Positions 24,067 to 37,850 are shown, counted from the first letter of the whole stretch. The stretch is 61,968 nucleotides of DNA, filler included, from Sphacelaria rigidula (GCA_964200075.2; 6 parts of 6 records of this genome joined end to end with filler, not necessarily neighbours in it); one strand, 5' to 3'. The notes: a model not told the origin generated them from the letters alone. Numbers and translations: made by a program.

Positions 24067-25930
24067 CTGTTTCGCAAAAATAACATCACAAGACGAAATG
24101 AGCACACGGCCACAGGTACCCTGTGAGTTCATTATCGTGATAATTATATTATGTTGAGCTTAAATGGCGAGTTGTGAGGGTTCGCGTGACGAACGAAAGG
24201 GATTTGAAAACTGTACATCGGTGAGGGAGAGATTCCGATCTCTGAAATCGCAGATTATAAACCTGAAACGTTGTCGTTGCGTTCGCCGCAGAATGAACTT
24301 CTCGCGTGGTTGTTGGAAGGAGAACACGGCCGTCAATTTCAACGTTACAAGAGAGTACGAGTGCTGTTTCATCGTGTAAAACCACGAGGCAGGAATAATC
24401 AAGGGGTCATCTTTCCAGTCCTCGGGGGCCACGGTTGTCGGTCGTGACCCCGATGGAAAAGAATGGGAGAGCAAACCGGGGCATTAGCATGCCCAGCGTG
24501 AGCACTCTTAGTGACCACGTTCTGCGATGGTGGACAATATGCGCACGTATTTCTTCATTGCTCGTCCTTGAAGCTGTTCAGGTTTTAGAAGGTTTGGAGA
24601 GACCAAAAAAAGACATGAGCAGGATTTTTTTTTTCCATAACGCAGTGTTTTTCACGCCCTTTTCAAATGTGTGAAAACATGCATACATGATTGTGTGTGC
24701 GTCGATGCTTGCGTTTTAGAGGGATAAATAAAACGAGCAAAGCGAGAGCGTGCGGCGATATCCATGATTACTTCCGATCTGTATAGTGGAACATGTTCTA
24801 TATTCTTGTACGCACCTATGCCGATGTGTGAAGCTTCATACTGTAATCAGGCACGAGTGAAATACTGTGGAGGGCGTCAGCAACATAATGATGTCAAGGT
24901 ACCCTCAAGTCCAGCAAATATACACGCGATGTAGAACAAGGACGCACCCACAAGGGCTTGCGTCTTCCGTCCCTGCCAACTCCACTCACCATGGTCTATG
25001 AAAAAAACAAAATGACGACCCAACCTATGTCGCTTGAGGCCGGCACAGACGGCGTACGTCCAAATGCGATCATGAACTCCATTTTTCATCTCTATCCTAA
25101 ATGTTCATCAGGGGTACCATCAGCCGGATAATGTCTTCAGATTGTTTTGCACGTTTTCGGCCCCATTAATACCTTCCCCGACTTTTCCGAAAACAAAATT
25201 ACTGGAAAACATTTCCGAAGCTAGATTTTCGGAGAAATCTTTCATCAGTCGTAAATTGACCTATCACTGACATGGTCAAGAAACCTGGTCCTACATCTCT
25301 TTCGGGGGGAGTAGAACCCGTCCGTAAATGTCGAAGGTTTCGGAAAACAGAACAGGTCAGCTCTGTGTTCAGTCCGAAGGCACCCAGGTGCCAGTCAACC
25401 CATTGGATCAACACCATGTTTACTCCAATGTTTACTCGATCATCTATCAAACTCAGCTGCCATTTTTTCGCGCTCGAAGGGCGATCAAGGTACCAGGTAC
25501 GGGTCTATCCAATTTCATCGGCTCGCTCGTTAAACTTTGCCTTCGAGATATACCATGCCGCACGTAGCACTACTATTGCTTCCGCCGAATACTCGATCTT
25601 CCATGCTGACGACAGAAGACAGTGATCAATTCGTGTCACGAAGCTGGCCGTAATCTTGACCTAGACTGAACATCGCATTCTGCTCTGTGCAGGTCATAAC
25701 CAGCACGTTTGATCTACGGATGATCTGTTCTGACGACCCGCGCATGAAGCAAACGCACCTCATCTCCTGCAGGGGGCGGTCCCCACGCCGGGTTCTCGAT
25801 CAACCGCTGGAAGTGAGGAACAAAGTCCTTGAGGGTCTGGCTCGGTGACAGCTGAGAAAGGCAGATCAGCAGGGAACAACGGTCGTGGGGAGGTCGGGGC
25901 GGCGGGATCGGACAGACGATCCCTCACTTT

Positions 25931-26489
25931 TTGAGTTGTGAACTGGTTTGGCTAATCCGTTGACTGGTTGCAGAAAATTACAACCAGTTACAGTTACCAG
26001 TAAAAACTGGATAACTGACGGGCGAAGCCGCTTCGCGACTCCGCCAGTGTTGCCTGGTAAGGTAGCGCGGCGGAGTCGCCTGAACGCGGTTAGTTCTAGG
26101 TGCCTAGCGCCAGCAATTCGAGCACATAATCAGAGTACAAAAGTATACATGCATGGGAAAAAAAGAAATATCACTGAATTTGCGACGTGAATTGAAAAAA
26201 CGAAGCGGTAAGACAGTAGTGCACCATACATAGTGTCTAGGTATAAGCGCTGTGCGGTCATGTCGTCGCGTCGTCGCCTTTGTGACAGCATCCCCACGGT
26301 CATCGTAGTATGACAATACTTCGGGAATATTGATATGAATATGACACATAATTACACAAAACGCTCTGGATTATGACACATATATCGGATGAAATAACTG
26401 GTTCAACTGGTTCCGAAACCGGACAGTTAACCAGTCGTACCGGCTAACTGTAACCGACCAGTTAACCTGGCAGCCAGTTCACAACTCTA
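25931..26489. mobile_element. hAT-like MITE in a DNA-PKcs intron
   Basis: TIRs T(T/A)GAGTTGTGAACTGG / CCAGTTCACAACTCTA; many subterminal AACTGG/CCAGTT repeats; degenerate 8-bp TSD ctcacttt / ctcgctcc. Confidence 0.75.
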
Positions 26490-26695
26490 CTCGCTCCTCT
26501 CTTTGCCGCACTTTGAACCCTCCTCCCTCTTTCGCGCCGAATCCGTGGTCTAATGGTCTCAAGGGATCAACCGATCTCTCCCCGGTACACGCCTTGCATT
26601 TCGCTCTCGCGGATGGGGTCAGCACTAATCTCGCACTAGGACAACTTGAGTCAAACCAACTCCGTCAACTACTTCTTGTTTACTCACGTACTTAC

Positions 26696-26924
26696 GCTCT
26701 CAACGGTGGAAATCAGATACTCTCCAAGAAGGAACCTCAACGCATCGGGGATCGAACCTGCGCTCTCTCCACCGGAATTGGTAACGGGGCGCGGTGGCAT
26801 GTTAATCGGGAATCCCAGTGCTATCAGACGCCAACTGTGGAAGGGCGAGATCTGCACATTTGCGCTTGAGACAAGATTTGCCAACTGGTGCTTTCCTGCC
26901 ATGGACGACACATATTCCGTACAT
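26696..26924 (-). CDS. PRKDC: DNA-PKcs-like exon (..GKHQLANLVSSANVQISPFHSWRL...EYLISTVES); 5' boundary uncertain (26924 or 26884)
   Basis: AGC|gtaagt donor in phase 0 joins 24066. Position and sequence parallel KHQGLKLA...DSWW. The acceptor at 26924 is phase 2, whereas the one at 26884 is phase 0 and fits the upstream exon. Confidence 0.6.
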
Positions 26925-27781
26925 CTACGGATGAAACAACGGAGGTGAGAGTAGGGGGCAGAAACCAAAAGCGTATCTAGCCCCATGTAACGTACACCGG
27001 GGCCACGATTGATGGTGTACTTCTGCATACATACATAGAGGCTGACCCTACACTCAAGTATGCCGATCGACAAGCCTGTACACCCACAATAAACGTGCTT
27101 CGTGGACCGCCACGTACCGGACATACATTCAAGCATCTCGTTCTCACACGCCTGCGAAAGACAAGAAGCTCGGGGAGGGGGGGGGGGGGGGGTACTCATT
27201 TTCTCCTTGCCTTTGTTTTTTGACCCGTGACCCCGCACCCCTTTCGGGAGGGGGGCGGGGAGGGGGNNNNNNNNNNGCGGCTTGACGTGCGCTGTGCCTC
27301 GTCGGCGGGGGGGGGGGGGTCGCGTGGCGTACTCATTTTCTCCTTGCCTTAGTTGTTTGACCATTGACCACGCATCCCTTTCGAGATGGAGCAGGGAGAG
27401 GGGGGACAGGTCAAGCGTGAACCCGGCTAAACCCCGCGCAATCTGCAATCAAAGCAATTTGACTAGGTGGAAAATCAACTGACGAAAACGTCCCCTTCAG
27501 TTTTCCCTTTGTTGACACCTATGACACGTATCCCAGCAGGGACCGTCTGTTGTATTGGCAACAAAGGATAGCAATCACTGTCCGATAGTAATCATTGGCG
27601 GTGTCCCGTATGGGTTAGTTTCGATTCTTCCCCCAACATGACATCGTTTTACTCCATACCAACCATGTCATTCTATATCGTGGCACCGCAGACATCACCG
27701 GCAACCGCAACCCCCGCGGCCGCACGACTCAAGCATTGCACATCCCCGACTGCAGGGAAGGCACCTGCGCTACCAACCTAC

Positions 27782-27930
27782 CGTGGCCAATCGAACTCCA
27801 CCAGATGCTCGCTGCAGCTGCAGGCCAAGTATGCCCTCCAATACATCGAAAGCCTGCGCTGCTAAAGCAGACCGTTCCGACAAGCACGCATCTACAAGGG
27901 TGGTGCACGCTTCGGGCCACGGGGCGTCAT
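27782..27930 (-). CDS. PRKDC: DNA-PKcs-like exon (DAPWPEACTTLVDACLSERSALAAQAFDVLEGILGLQLQRASGGVRLAT)
   Basis: ctcgtcag| acceptor phase 1 fits 29521; ACG|gtaggt donor; VLEGIL parallels VLNGML. Confidence 0.68.
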
Positions 27931-29520
27931 CTGACGAGAACCCAAACGACGGACACGGCAGAGCATGACGCAACATTCCGGGAAGAGAGCACGTTAGCTC
28001 CGGCAAGGGGGCTCACGGGTCTCAGCGAAGGACCAACGAAACCGGGAAGCGAGAACGGGTAAAAGCGGCGGTCAAAACGGTACAGGAAGGATAAAATAAG
28101 TCAAATCTCCGGTACAGTTTTGTATTCAACGAGAGCCTACGAACAAAATCGCATTTCCGAGCATGAGCACATTCTCCCGCCTTGACATCTATTCTCCCGC
28201 TTCAACATCTAGAAACGCCCGGCAGGTCTCAGCAAGTAAAACTCCGTTGGTGAGAAGCACCGGCTTCCACATAACAAGCCAGTCTCGAAAGGGGTATTCT
28301 CGCCAACCCGACCCCCCCTATTAATGATTGGATATACGGCTTTTTTTGCTCAAACTCTAAGGCTACTTCGAAACCCAAATCCCAACCCAAGGCAGACCAA
28401 GAGCTCTCGAGCAAGGAGGTGAACGTTGTGCTCTACGGAAACTGGGCATTGGCAGAGCTCAAATCGGCACCGCACACGTCAATTTGGGCTACAGCGCGTG
28501 CTGAGCGTGCCGGGCGAGCCCTTGAAAATGTGAGCTGTGAACCCTCCGAAGGCTGAATGTAGTGGTCCATGCTACAGCCAAGCGATTTTCAGACAGATTT
28601 GGGGAACCAGCCGATAACTCTACAGTATCGAATCTGGATCAAAAGAGTGTGTTCTGGTCACAGAGTGTCAGGTCCACAGCAATACCCCATGGACATCCGG
28701 TGGATGCAGTCAAATTCGATAGTCATTGTGAACAAATACAGCCATTCCGACAGCGCGACTCGTCAATCTTCACCACTTTTGCAACGCCGCATGAAGTGTC
28801 GTGTGTCTCGCTGCTGCAGAGCTTGTGGGTGGGAGTTCCTTGCCCAAACATTAGTGCGGTCCCAAGGTAACTGAGTCGCAGCCTGCTTCCACGACGCCGT
28901 TTTAATATTGAATAGCCTCCTTACGGGAAGCTATTGGGCAGAGACTCGTCAGTGTTTTCTTTCGTTTACGGGACTGGGACTGGGTTTCGACCCGCGTTCA
29001 TTTCCTGTTTATCTGTACCTTCCTTTCGTTCGCCTATGCTTTCCCTCCTCTTCTTTTCTTGCTCAATCCTTTTTCCGATGACTACGTTCCCTCCTTTCCC
29101 ATCTTCATCTTCTCTCGACTTTCCTTCCGCGGGTGTTTTGCTTAATGCATTCTGAGTCCATATCTTCAGTCACCCCGGTCGGATTCAAATCGTAGCAGTC
29201 ACTGTGCGGTATTCAATTCATGATTCAACCAACGACACTCAAAGTGCCAACCCTTCGGGTACGACATTGTCTCTCGGAACGGCATCGACTGCGGGTAAAT
29301 GTACGCGTTATTAGGAAACTATGGTGGAAACTTAACGTCCGCGAAATGCCTCATCTTGATGTAGTCTGGGCACGAAACAAGAACGGTCGCGCTACTGTTT
29401 CCGGAGCGTGCCTCTTACGGTCTGTTTGTTTGGTCTCGCGCCCGACGGGTCAGGGACAAATTGTCTAGTGGACGTTTCGGCTAAGAGGTAAAGGCCTTCA
29501 TTGTATGTGAAATCTCTCAC

Positions 29521-29622
29521 CTCCTGCCTTGAACAACATCTCGTGAACGATCTCGGAGAATCGGCGGTAGAACAGCGCGCCCCTCGTCGCACCTCCGACG
29601 GACCCCTTGGCCCGAGGATCGC
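29521..29622 (-). CDS. PRKDC: DNA-PKcs-like exon (DPRAKGSVGGATRGALFYRRFSEIVHEMLFKAG)
   Basis: cacgtag| acceptor, GAG|gtgaga donor; GxxFYxxFSExI motif recalls DNA-PKcs HGEYFYSLFSETI. Confidence 0.75.
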
Positions 29623-29929
29623 CTACGTGAGGGCGGAGGGTGGTACGGGAGGAACACAGTGAACGAAGGTCACGAATGGCCTCGTGAGGGGTATGTGCAG
29701 CCGATGTGTTCACGTCTACGATGCGGTGCCGATTTGGAGGAATATCATCTTGTAGTGGGTAAGCGTGAGGAGCACGCTGCGCCACGGCAAGTATACGAAG
29801 CGCAGTTGGTTGGGTACAACGCATTGCCGACCTCCCGTGGACACAGCACGCCCCCCCAACCCCTTTCCCAAGACGGTGTACTCAACGCGCGACAGTCATG
29901 GCACTGTCCAGCATGCCGTGCAGGTTTTT

Positions 29930-30251
29930 CTTGCTTTTGTTTTTTACCACACTTCTTACCCCTCCCCTTTGTCGGGACAAGTCCTTCATCTCAAAGGATC
30001 CACACGTTTCTCTTCTGGTGCACGCCTCATATTTTTATTTCGCGGAATAGGCCAGGACTACCCCACTCCCTCGGCTGCAGTCGAACTCAGCCAAGCAAAC
30101 CTTTCCTGGCTACTCACGCTCTCACGCTTACACAGAAGGAAACTAGATAGTTCGCAGAAAAGAAAACAAATCAATCGCATCTGGCGGGAGCCGAACCCAT
30201 GTTTGTCGACCTAGTGGTGTCACTTGTACCATCAGACTACCGGAGCGCGGC
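29930..30251 (-). mobile_element. tRNA-derived SINE, copy 1
   Basis: Head GCCGCGCTCCGG, A-box-like TAGTCTGATGG, B-box GGTTCGGCTCC, body AAGCGTGAGAGCGTGAG...GGCGTGCACC...GTCCCGA, A-rich tail; homologous to 37851-39110. Confidence 0.75.
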
Positions 30252-30262
30252 GCAGCCTGTAC

Positions 30263-30592
30263 CTTTGTCTTTGGAGGCTTCGGTCGTAGCAGCAGCGGCT
30301 GATATGTCCAATAGCCCCTGCATTAAACACACCACTTCAGAACTCCGCCCACGACTCTCAGGCAAAACCCGCGAAAAATCGCCGGCCGTCGCCGACACGT
30401 TGCTTGATTTTACTTCGGGTGGAGTAGAAGTTATAACTGCAAGCCCCAAGTCAAAAGCTAGACGGAGTGCGGCGCTCGCCCTCAGTGTTGAGGCCGGTCT
30501 GAGGCCTTCAGGCAACGACAGAATTGTATGCCAGAGGCCGGCAGCCAACGAACTGCGAGCGCTCCCATCTTCTTTCAGCCGGACCGTGCGCG
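30263..30592 (-). CDS. PRKDC: Exon, probably DNA-PKcs (RTVRLKEDGSARSSLAAGLW...ALRLAFDLGL...CLMQGLLD...KDK)
   Basis: cacttag| acceptor, AAG|gtacag donor; 330 bp open; phase 1 end fits 29622. Confidence 0.65.
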
Positions 30593-30937
30593 CTAAGTGC
30601 ATGTGAGAGATGTGCACACGCGGGTGAGGGGTGTCAAATGGGAGAAACACGGAGAGAAGCAAAACGGCATGTTACGGGCTGTTGAGTATGTAGGCACAGG
30701 CGAGGCAGGGAATCAGAACCAATGATCGAAGAATTGCAGCCCCAGATGAATGTCACAGTCGAGACACACATAAGCAGGACAGGGGAAATAAAATATTCCG
30801 GTCCCAACACAGTAGGCAACCCCCCCCCCCCTTCCCCCCCATGCCATACAGGATTGCTCCCCCCCTGGAAGTGGCGATACCAGAAAATAAAGCAACTCAT
30901 TGTTGGCTGTCATCCAAATGCAAGATAATCAGTAGGC

Positions 30938-31037
30938 NNNNNNNNNNNNNNNNNNNNNNNNNNNNNNNNNNNNNNNNNNNNTTAATTAATTAANNNNNNN
31001 NNNNNNNNNNNNNNNNNNNNNNNNNNNNNNNNNNNNN
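30938..31037. other. Artificial contig linker
   Basis: Same 100-bp spacer. Confidence 0.97.
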
Positions 31038-31290
31038 CTCATGCTCCCAGGAAAATAAGAAACCCAGCCTCAGGCCGATTTTTCAGTTCTTACTAGCGGG
31101 CCGGTACTGGAGTGGGGACAATTTCTAGCTGGTTCTTTTCCTGGCGCCAAATGTAAAAAATCGTAAAGTGTCAAGGCCAGAATTCACCGCCCCAAACCCC
31201 TCAAGTTCGAGTACTCTTTCTTGCAGTCCTGATTGAACTAGCGTCGAATGTCGAATATCCAGCAGCCAAATAAAAAAAGACAGCTTCATC

Positions 31291-32761
31291 GTATCCAGCA
31301 CCTGTAACCCAATACACACCAATCGCCAGTGCCAGACAGAGCTACCGTGTACTTTGTATTCGCCATTCTTGAAAAGAGCTGCACTAAGCATCCCCCAGCT
31401 CAAAAGTACCGCGGTCGTGGGCGCGCGCGCGCGCGCTCGGGCGGGGGGGAGGGGGGAGTTGAACTGCCTGTACAGCCTTGATTCTGCGGCGGACCCGACC
31501 GGACGCCTTTGAGGCTTGCGGACTTGACAGCTTTGGAGTGTGTACAGCGAGCTCATCCGTTCAACACCACCATGATGCCTTTGTAGCATAGATTCTGGAT
31601 ATAAAACTTGTAATCATGGGTATAAGGTACCCTCTGGTACTCTCGCACTGGTGGCTGAGGTGTTGTGCCATGTTTCACAGCGAGGACTACTACAGTACAG
31701 CAACAACAGTACAGTGTACGACCACTTGAACCACGCACTCCGTTGTGCAATTCTCGTCGTCTGTAAAGTCTCGCTAAATACAGAATCCTGTCAACGTGAA
31801 ATCTCGCAAATGCCAAATCACGTCAAATGCCAGCCAAATTCGCCCCATCATTCACCCTCCAAAAGCCCAACGGTGCCAATATCGAATGAACAGTCGAATG
31901 TCAACATTAGAGCCAGGCGCCTTGCCCACCGCTCTATGCCCACCATATACAACCCACCTGTAATTCGGGTGCGATCGTACGGATCATATCTTTGGTTTGT
32001 GACCGAGGGACTTGTTGGCTCGATGGTTTGTGTGCATGACGGTACCCCTTGGTGCGCCAACCCCAACACAAAAGATTCTGCTCGTGCATAGAATCAAGTA
32101 GTATTTGTACTTGGTTTTAGTGTCAACACCGATATTTGGATCTTTGGTGGAGCTGACAGTTCCGAGGGCTCCTGGGGTGCGCAGAAAGCGTTTTGTCTAT
32201 ATGGGCGCCGCAGTCGCCGATTTGAGGTATGTATGTAAATACACAATTCACCGAGGACACCCTCTACATCCCTTTGCCCGAGGCTTCTCGGCATGCCTTC
32301 GGTTAGGGCACCTTGGGCCTCAGCGTTGTTTGAAAACAATAATTTTCTGAGAAAGTTCTCCGAAAAACCATTCGACAAAGAAGTGGTGACGCGAGCTCGC
32401 GTAACGTGTCAACACACCTCAGCCCCCAGCTCGAGAGCACTAGGGCTGCCTTGTACTTTATTCTTTATATAGAATCTCTGCATCCAAATCCTACACTGCA
32501 AAGGCACCGTGGTGGTGTTGAACGGGTGCGTTCGCTGCGTTTACTGAAAACTGTCAGGTTCCCACGCCAGAATAGCGTGCTCATGCCCGCCGCAGAACCA
32601 AGCTGTACAGACAGTTCATACACACACCCCGCCCACGTCCACGGTACTTTGTGGCTAGGGGATGGAAAGGTCGGCCCTCCTATAGAATGATGAGCAGAAA
32701 GTACGCGGGGTCTCTGGCACTGATGGCTGTTGGGGCGTCTTTGGCCCGGGGTATTGGATAC
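31291..32761. repeat. Pair of diverged about 300-bp repeats in inverted orientation (31291-31605 and 32478-32761)
   Basis: For example CCGTTCAACACCACCATGATGCCTTTGTAG matches the reverse complement of CTGCAAAGGCACCGTGGTGGTGTTGAACGG; the outer ends also align (GTATCCA...CAGTGCCAGA). Confidence 0.75.
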
Positions 32762-35700
32762 AAAACTATCTCAACACGCGTTGTACCGTACCTGCTAGAA
32801 TACTCGAGGATGAGGTATTGTGGCGGCGAAATCCATGCAGCTCTGACATTCCCTTCATCAGTTTTGACGTTTGCGACGTTTGACGAGAAAAGAAGTGCCT
32901 GCTAGAAATGGCCCTACGAAAACGAGGAAGTGAAGAAGTACACGGGAAATGCACGGCAGTGTGAGAAGCGATCCTTTTTTTTTTAGTTACACAACGGCCC
33001 TAAAAAAGAGTTGCAGCTGGAGCAAACAAAGTATTTATGACGAAAATGGAGAAATTGACACCTGACGCCAATTTGACGTTGTTGACTGCGGGCGTAATGA
33101 CGCTTTGGTGCGAATCTAAAAGGTACGAGTGTGTTGAGAGCTCATCATGTTGATTTGTCTGTGTGTGTCTGTTCCTGCAATCCGTGTAGATAGAACTTCG
33201 CCAGGGAAAGGCTACGGGTTAGTAAAACAGGAATGTGACTGAGAAGCCCCCACACGCACTTTCCAATCGTCGAAGCAATAATTGCAGGGGGATTACAACA
33301 GCTGTGGACACAATCTATGTATACTAATAATTGAGTGCAGAATGTAGACGCCACGACAGCTCGGATCTTTTCTCTTTTGGTGCACCATGCTGCACTGCAC
33401 TGCACAGCCAGGAAATTGAAGGCGAGTTGGGGCACGCGTACGGCTTGAATCGCAAATAAATAGACGTAACATGACCGCTACATACGACAATATGAGCCTG
33501 TATTGGTTGTACTTCTTTTATATTTTACGCCGCGGTGCTACCTGCAGCGCGTTGTCAAACTGGCCACAACTGAAAATCGGCCGTTCATGCGACAGCGGGT
33601 ACGAAAAAATCATCCGCTTCAAAATTAGGCAGCGGCAAGTCACCACCGCGCACGCCAGGGTAGCTGCCTTAGTTGGAGGTCTGGTTCACATATACCACGC
33701 GGAATCCATCGGTCCCCAGCCTTTTGGGCGACAGTCGGGATTGTGATATTTAATTATTTTCTTGGAAAACCCCCGCCGCTCCCGAATTTGTCAGAGGGCG
33801 GCGAGACACACTCAAGTTACACACACACCACGAGGGGAGGTGAACCTGTTTTTTGGTCCAGCCAAAACCAAAATAGGTCGTGCCGTGGGATGAAAAGTAG
33901 GCGTATGAAGAAAGCACAATTTAATTACCGTCAACGCCCGTACTACTTGGTAGCAGAACAATCCGTAGATAGCACACTGATATCGAGATGCTGCCTGTAG
34001 AGATGAGCCCCACTCGTTATACACGTTTTCTTGCAATTACTCGTTGGTTTTTTGTTCCAGGTTTTTTCTCGATCCTTCTGTTGTCCACCCATTGAAGCTG
34101 CAACGGAGCACGTGCTGCCGAATCATCGATGAAGAGAGCTGTCGAAGTAGAAAATAGCGTTGATCATGTGGCAACACATCGAAGAAACAGGCTGATATTC
34201 TACGGTCGTTGTATCACCCCCGCGGGGCGGCTGTCCGAGTGAAGGACAGCTTCTTCTGCACCCACCATGCATGTGGGGGGATGCGCGAAATTGAGCGGCA
34301 ACGTAACCGAACGAGCGACTGCACAACAGCACATCCTCTACAGCAGTGTAGACTGAAAATGCGTCTCTAACGCTCGACAATGTACAGCTGCCAAGAGCTC
34401 GCTGTCGCTATTCTCCACTGCCCCCTTGAGTGTTTGTGCACGATCAGTCTAGATTTCCAGAAGCGGCTTGCAAAAAAGATCGGATACGCGTAGAGCTGAG
34501 GTACTAGCAGCAGAAAAGAGTACCGTTCCGAAAAACGCGCTCGGTGCACACTTCACACTTTCGAATATTTCCTAGCGGATGCAATCTATGCACGAAGTCG
34601 AAGCGATACGCTCCACATCGCACGCCAGAAGGTATCGGATCTTCTCATCGCTAGCATCCATGATGTATGATCATGCTGCGGTGGCTGACGCGCGCACTCA
34701 TACATGGGAACCGCTTGCCACTTGGATACGATCGCGGCAACGCAAATAGGAAAATAAGGCGAAAATTGCACCAAAATCGTGACGTACGTAAGCTGAAAAG
34801 GCACGTTTTTAGCTTTCCCCGCAGTGCAGTTCCTACCCCGCCGCAATCTTCCGTGCTCGCTAACCGGAACAACGTGCACCCCGCGGTTTGCCGATCGATC
34901 GTCAGCAACGTATACGGTATCGCTAGGCTTCACGCTTCATCGCTACCTCATTATCAAGCCATGGATCAAGATGGGCTATTTCTCATGCTTGCCATGTGCA
35001 ATGTCTGCAAAGCCTCCAAGGTGTGTTTTGGGGAGAGTACCGTACAGTTAGTTCAGAAGAGTGCAGTACCGCCGACGGCGCTGCGAACGGTAAATGTGTG
35101 GCGCCGGAGAGGGGACAACGGCGCTTTGGGATATTACAAAGCAGCGCATTTCGTACTTATTTCTGGACATCGAATAACACTGGGCTGTTGTTTCACGCGT
35201 TCGTTGTCCAAGTTCGCACGATTCAAGTTGCGGGCCCGATACACGAACAAGCAACGGCATGTCTCGAAATTTAGCCTTCTGTGGATCCGGTCGACCGACT
35301 GTGAAGGTCAGAGTCCGTAGACCACAGTGAAACGATGGGAACTTTTTCTAGCCCTCTGCCCGAGGATTTAAGAGGCTTATGTGGATCGGGGGTTCGTTGC
35401 GCCAGATGTATCTACCAATCCCTGTTCTTGTACTGTGCTCCAAAAGATATCTTGCGAAATGCGCCCTTTACAGACGGTGTCATAGATGAGCCTCTGTCGT
35501 CGGTTGTCGGCAGCAGCGAGTCTGCACACGTTTTCGCCTCTACAAAAAAAAAACAGGCAAATCTCGGGAATTCCTTGATTTCTCGGCAGCACCATTTTGA
35601 CCTAAGAAGTCACTAGCGCGATTTAGGGCGTTTGCTTCCAGTGTTAGCGTAATCAGGCCGGCTTTCATATCTTGGGTTTGTGTCCGGTGGAGAGGAGCCG

Positions 35701-36699
35701 ATACATGAGCGACATGGCAATCGTACAGACAGTACAACAGTACAGTACATGAGTGTGCGCGTTTTATTCGCCCCATTTTCCCTCATACCTGCCTGTCGCT
35801 CTTATTGCAGTTGCCCGGCCCCATCTATGCCCAGCTGACGGTTGTACTTCAGATATGTCCAAATGTTCCGTGTCTTGTTTTGCATATCCTTTCATTGCCT
35901 CGTGCATGCATGTGCCACCTTACAACCGCCCCACTCCCTGACCCCCTCCCCCCGTTCGAGTTCCGCAGTGTCTGCCGTTGTGCACACCCTGTCGAATGCA
36001 CTGGTTCAGCGCTTTCCCCCGCCATGTGCTTTACTGCTTGTTACACGACTTTTCCCTCGTTCTGCAGCAAGGAAGCTGGAAAAAGTGCATGAGCAAGAGG
36101 CATAACCCTCGGCTGCACACGGTGCATAAGGACAAGCTGAACTTCGGTCATCGGCAGTGTGTCAAGCCTGATCAGGTACAGACTTCTTATTACCCACACA
36201 CCCAAACTGCAGCAGCCGCTGCTGGAGTCTACTCTGAGATTTTATCGTTCTGGTGCGCAATCTTTCTTTCTGTTGCTCTGCAGTCCGGCGGTTCCGCCGC
36301 ACTGGCCACTGGCACCGCGACGACAGTACAGTTCAACATTTTCGGTAGCGTCTAGGACCCATTTGATCTTACGATAGCCTTCTCGCAGCTACACGGAAGA
36401 AGCTCCAACTCATTGAAATTGGCCCTGTATCGTGCGCTACGTACTGCACGTGGGCCTTGCAGTATGTAGTGTGACAGTTGGGTTTTTTACTGGCTCTACA
36501 TTTCAATTGACCTGTACTGTGTGCTCTGTGACAGATTGTGTGTTGTACTGTCTGTACTGTTGTAGACGAACGCACACAACCAAGAGCCGTTAGTCTTGGT
36601 GGAACTTGTGACTCTGAGATTTTCAGTTTCAGAAAACACGAGATACGAGTTGGATCGGCCTGACAACGGGCGTAGGTGTGATGTTTGATTCATCTTCCC

Positions 36700-37160
36700 A
36701 GTTTTGAGAGTTGTGCTTAGATATTTGATTTGGAGTATCGAAGGGGCATACAAGAACATCCTTGCTGCACAGATTGAGGTCGTACTGTACCCAAGTGATG
36801 CTCTATATCTGGGTGTTGCTGATAGTTCCTGTCCAAATTTTGGTAATGTATTTGAGGTCGTACCGAATCTGCACAGAAACTGGGGAGAGTATTTGAGGAC
36901 GTACCCAAATTGCTACTTAGTAAAAAGTTGGGTACGTGAAGTATTGATGTTATACCCAATTGATACTCTGTACACCGGTGTTGCTCAGAGGACGTGCTCA
37001 AAAACTGGGTACCAAGGAAAACTCTTACGAGCACTTACAGCGTATTTGAGGACATACCCAACCCACCAAACCCTGGGTAGAGTATTTGAGATGATATCCA
37101 ATCTACCTAAACTTTGGGTACAATAATGTAGGTCGTACCCCATCTACGCAAACCTTGGAT
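36700..37160 (+). repeat. Degenerate minisatellite-like array built on TTGAGGTCGTACCCAA units
   Basis: Motif recurs about every 30-60 bp; a second array lies at 39395-39710. Confidence 0.75.
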
Positions 37161-37850
37161 CGGGGAAATTTGGTCGTAAACTTCGATTTTTTTTATCCAA
37201 GGTTTTGAAAAACCCGTATTTGCGCGTGTAGCGATCACACACACGAAATCAACTTAGTGTATTATCTTCGTTATATATATATTTTCTCTTGTTCTCACAA
37301 GTACACGTTTTGGACGGCGCACGCTTCCGAAAAAAACTACCGAACCGACAGTACAGATCGTACATTGTTGTAGAACACGACAGGATAGGACAAAAGTATG
37401 AGCAATATACAGTAGTGACATACGATTATGCGTCGCCAGTTTGTACACAGCGCTATAGATTGCCAGTAGACAGTTCAGCGAAGTATACTGTATAGTACAC
37501 AACAGGGCAGAAGTACGAGTAGCGCAACATGTACGTGAGATTGATCCCACCACGTCGTACTGATGTATTTTTTTGTGCTTGGAAGTGTACAATGCTGCGT
37601 TGTCCCGCACCGCGGTACAGTATACTGGCTGCACTGGTTTTCCCCACCGAAGTAATGTGGCAGAGGCCCGGACATTTCTTTCTTTCTTTTTTCTCTTTTC
37701 TTCTCTTCTCTCCTTAGTCTACTGTGTTCCTCTCTTCTACCCTTTCTTTTTTCTTCAGCGAGGGTTTCAGTCTTGTTTTGTGTCGGGTATGTCCATCGTG
37801 TGGCCACGGCTGGATCCCTGGGAGGTCAGTGAAAGGGCGACAATCAAGCC

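Noticed and set aside
30180..30251. tRNA gene (also 37851-37925)
   Set aside because: A/B boxes are present but there is no proper cloverleaf, and homology continues into a shared body, so these are SINE heads
36700..37160. CRISPR-like repeat-spacer appearance
   Set aside because: Repeats are degenerate, spacers are mutually similar, there are no cas genes, and the context is eukaryotic
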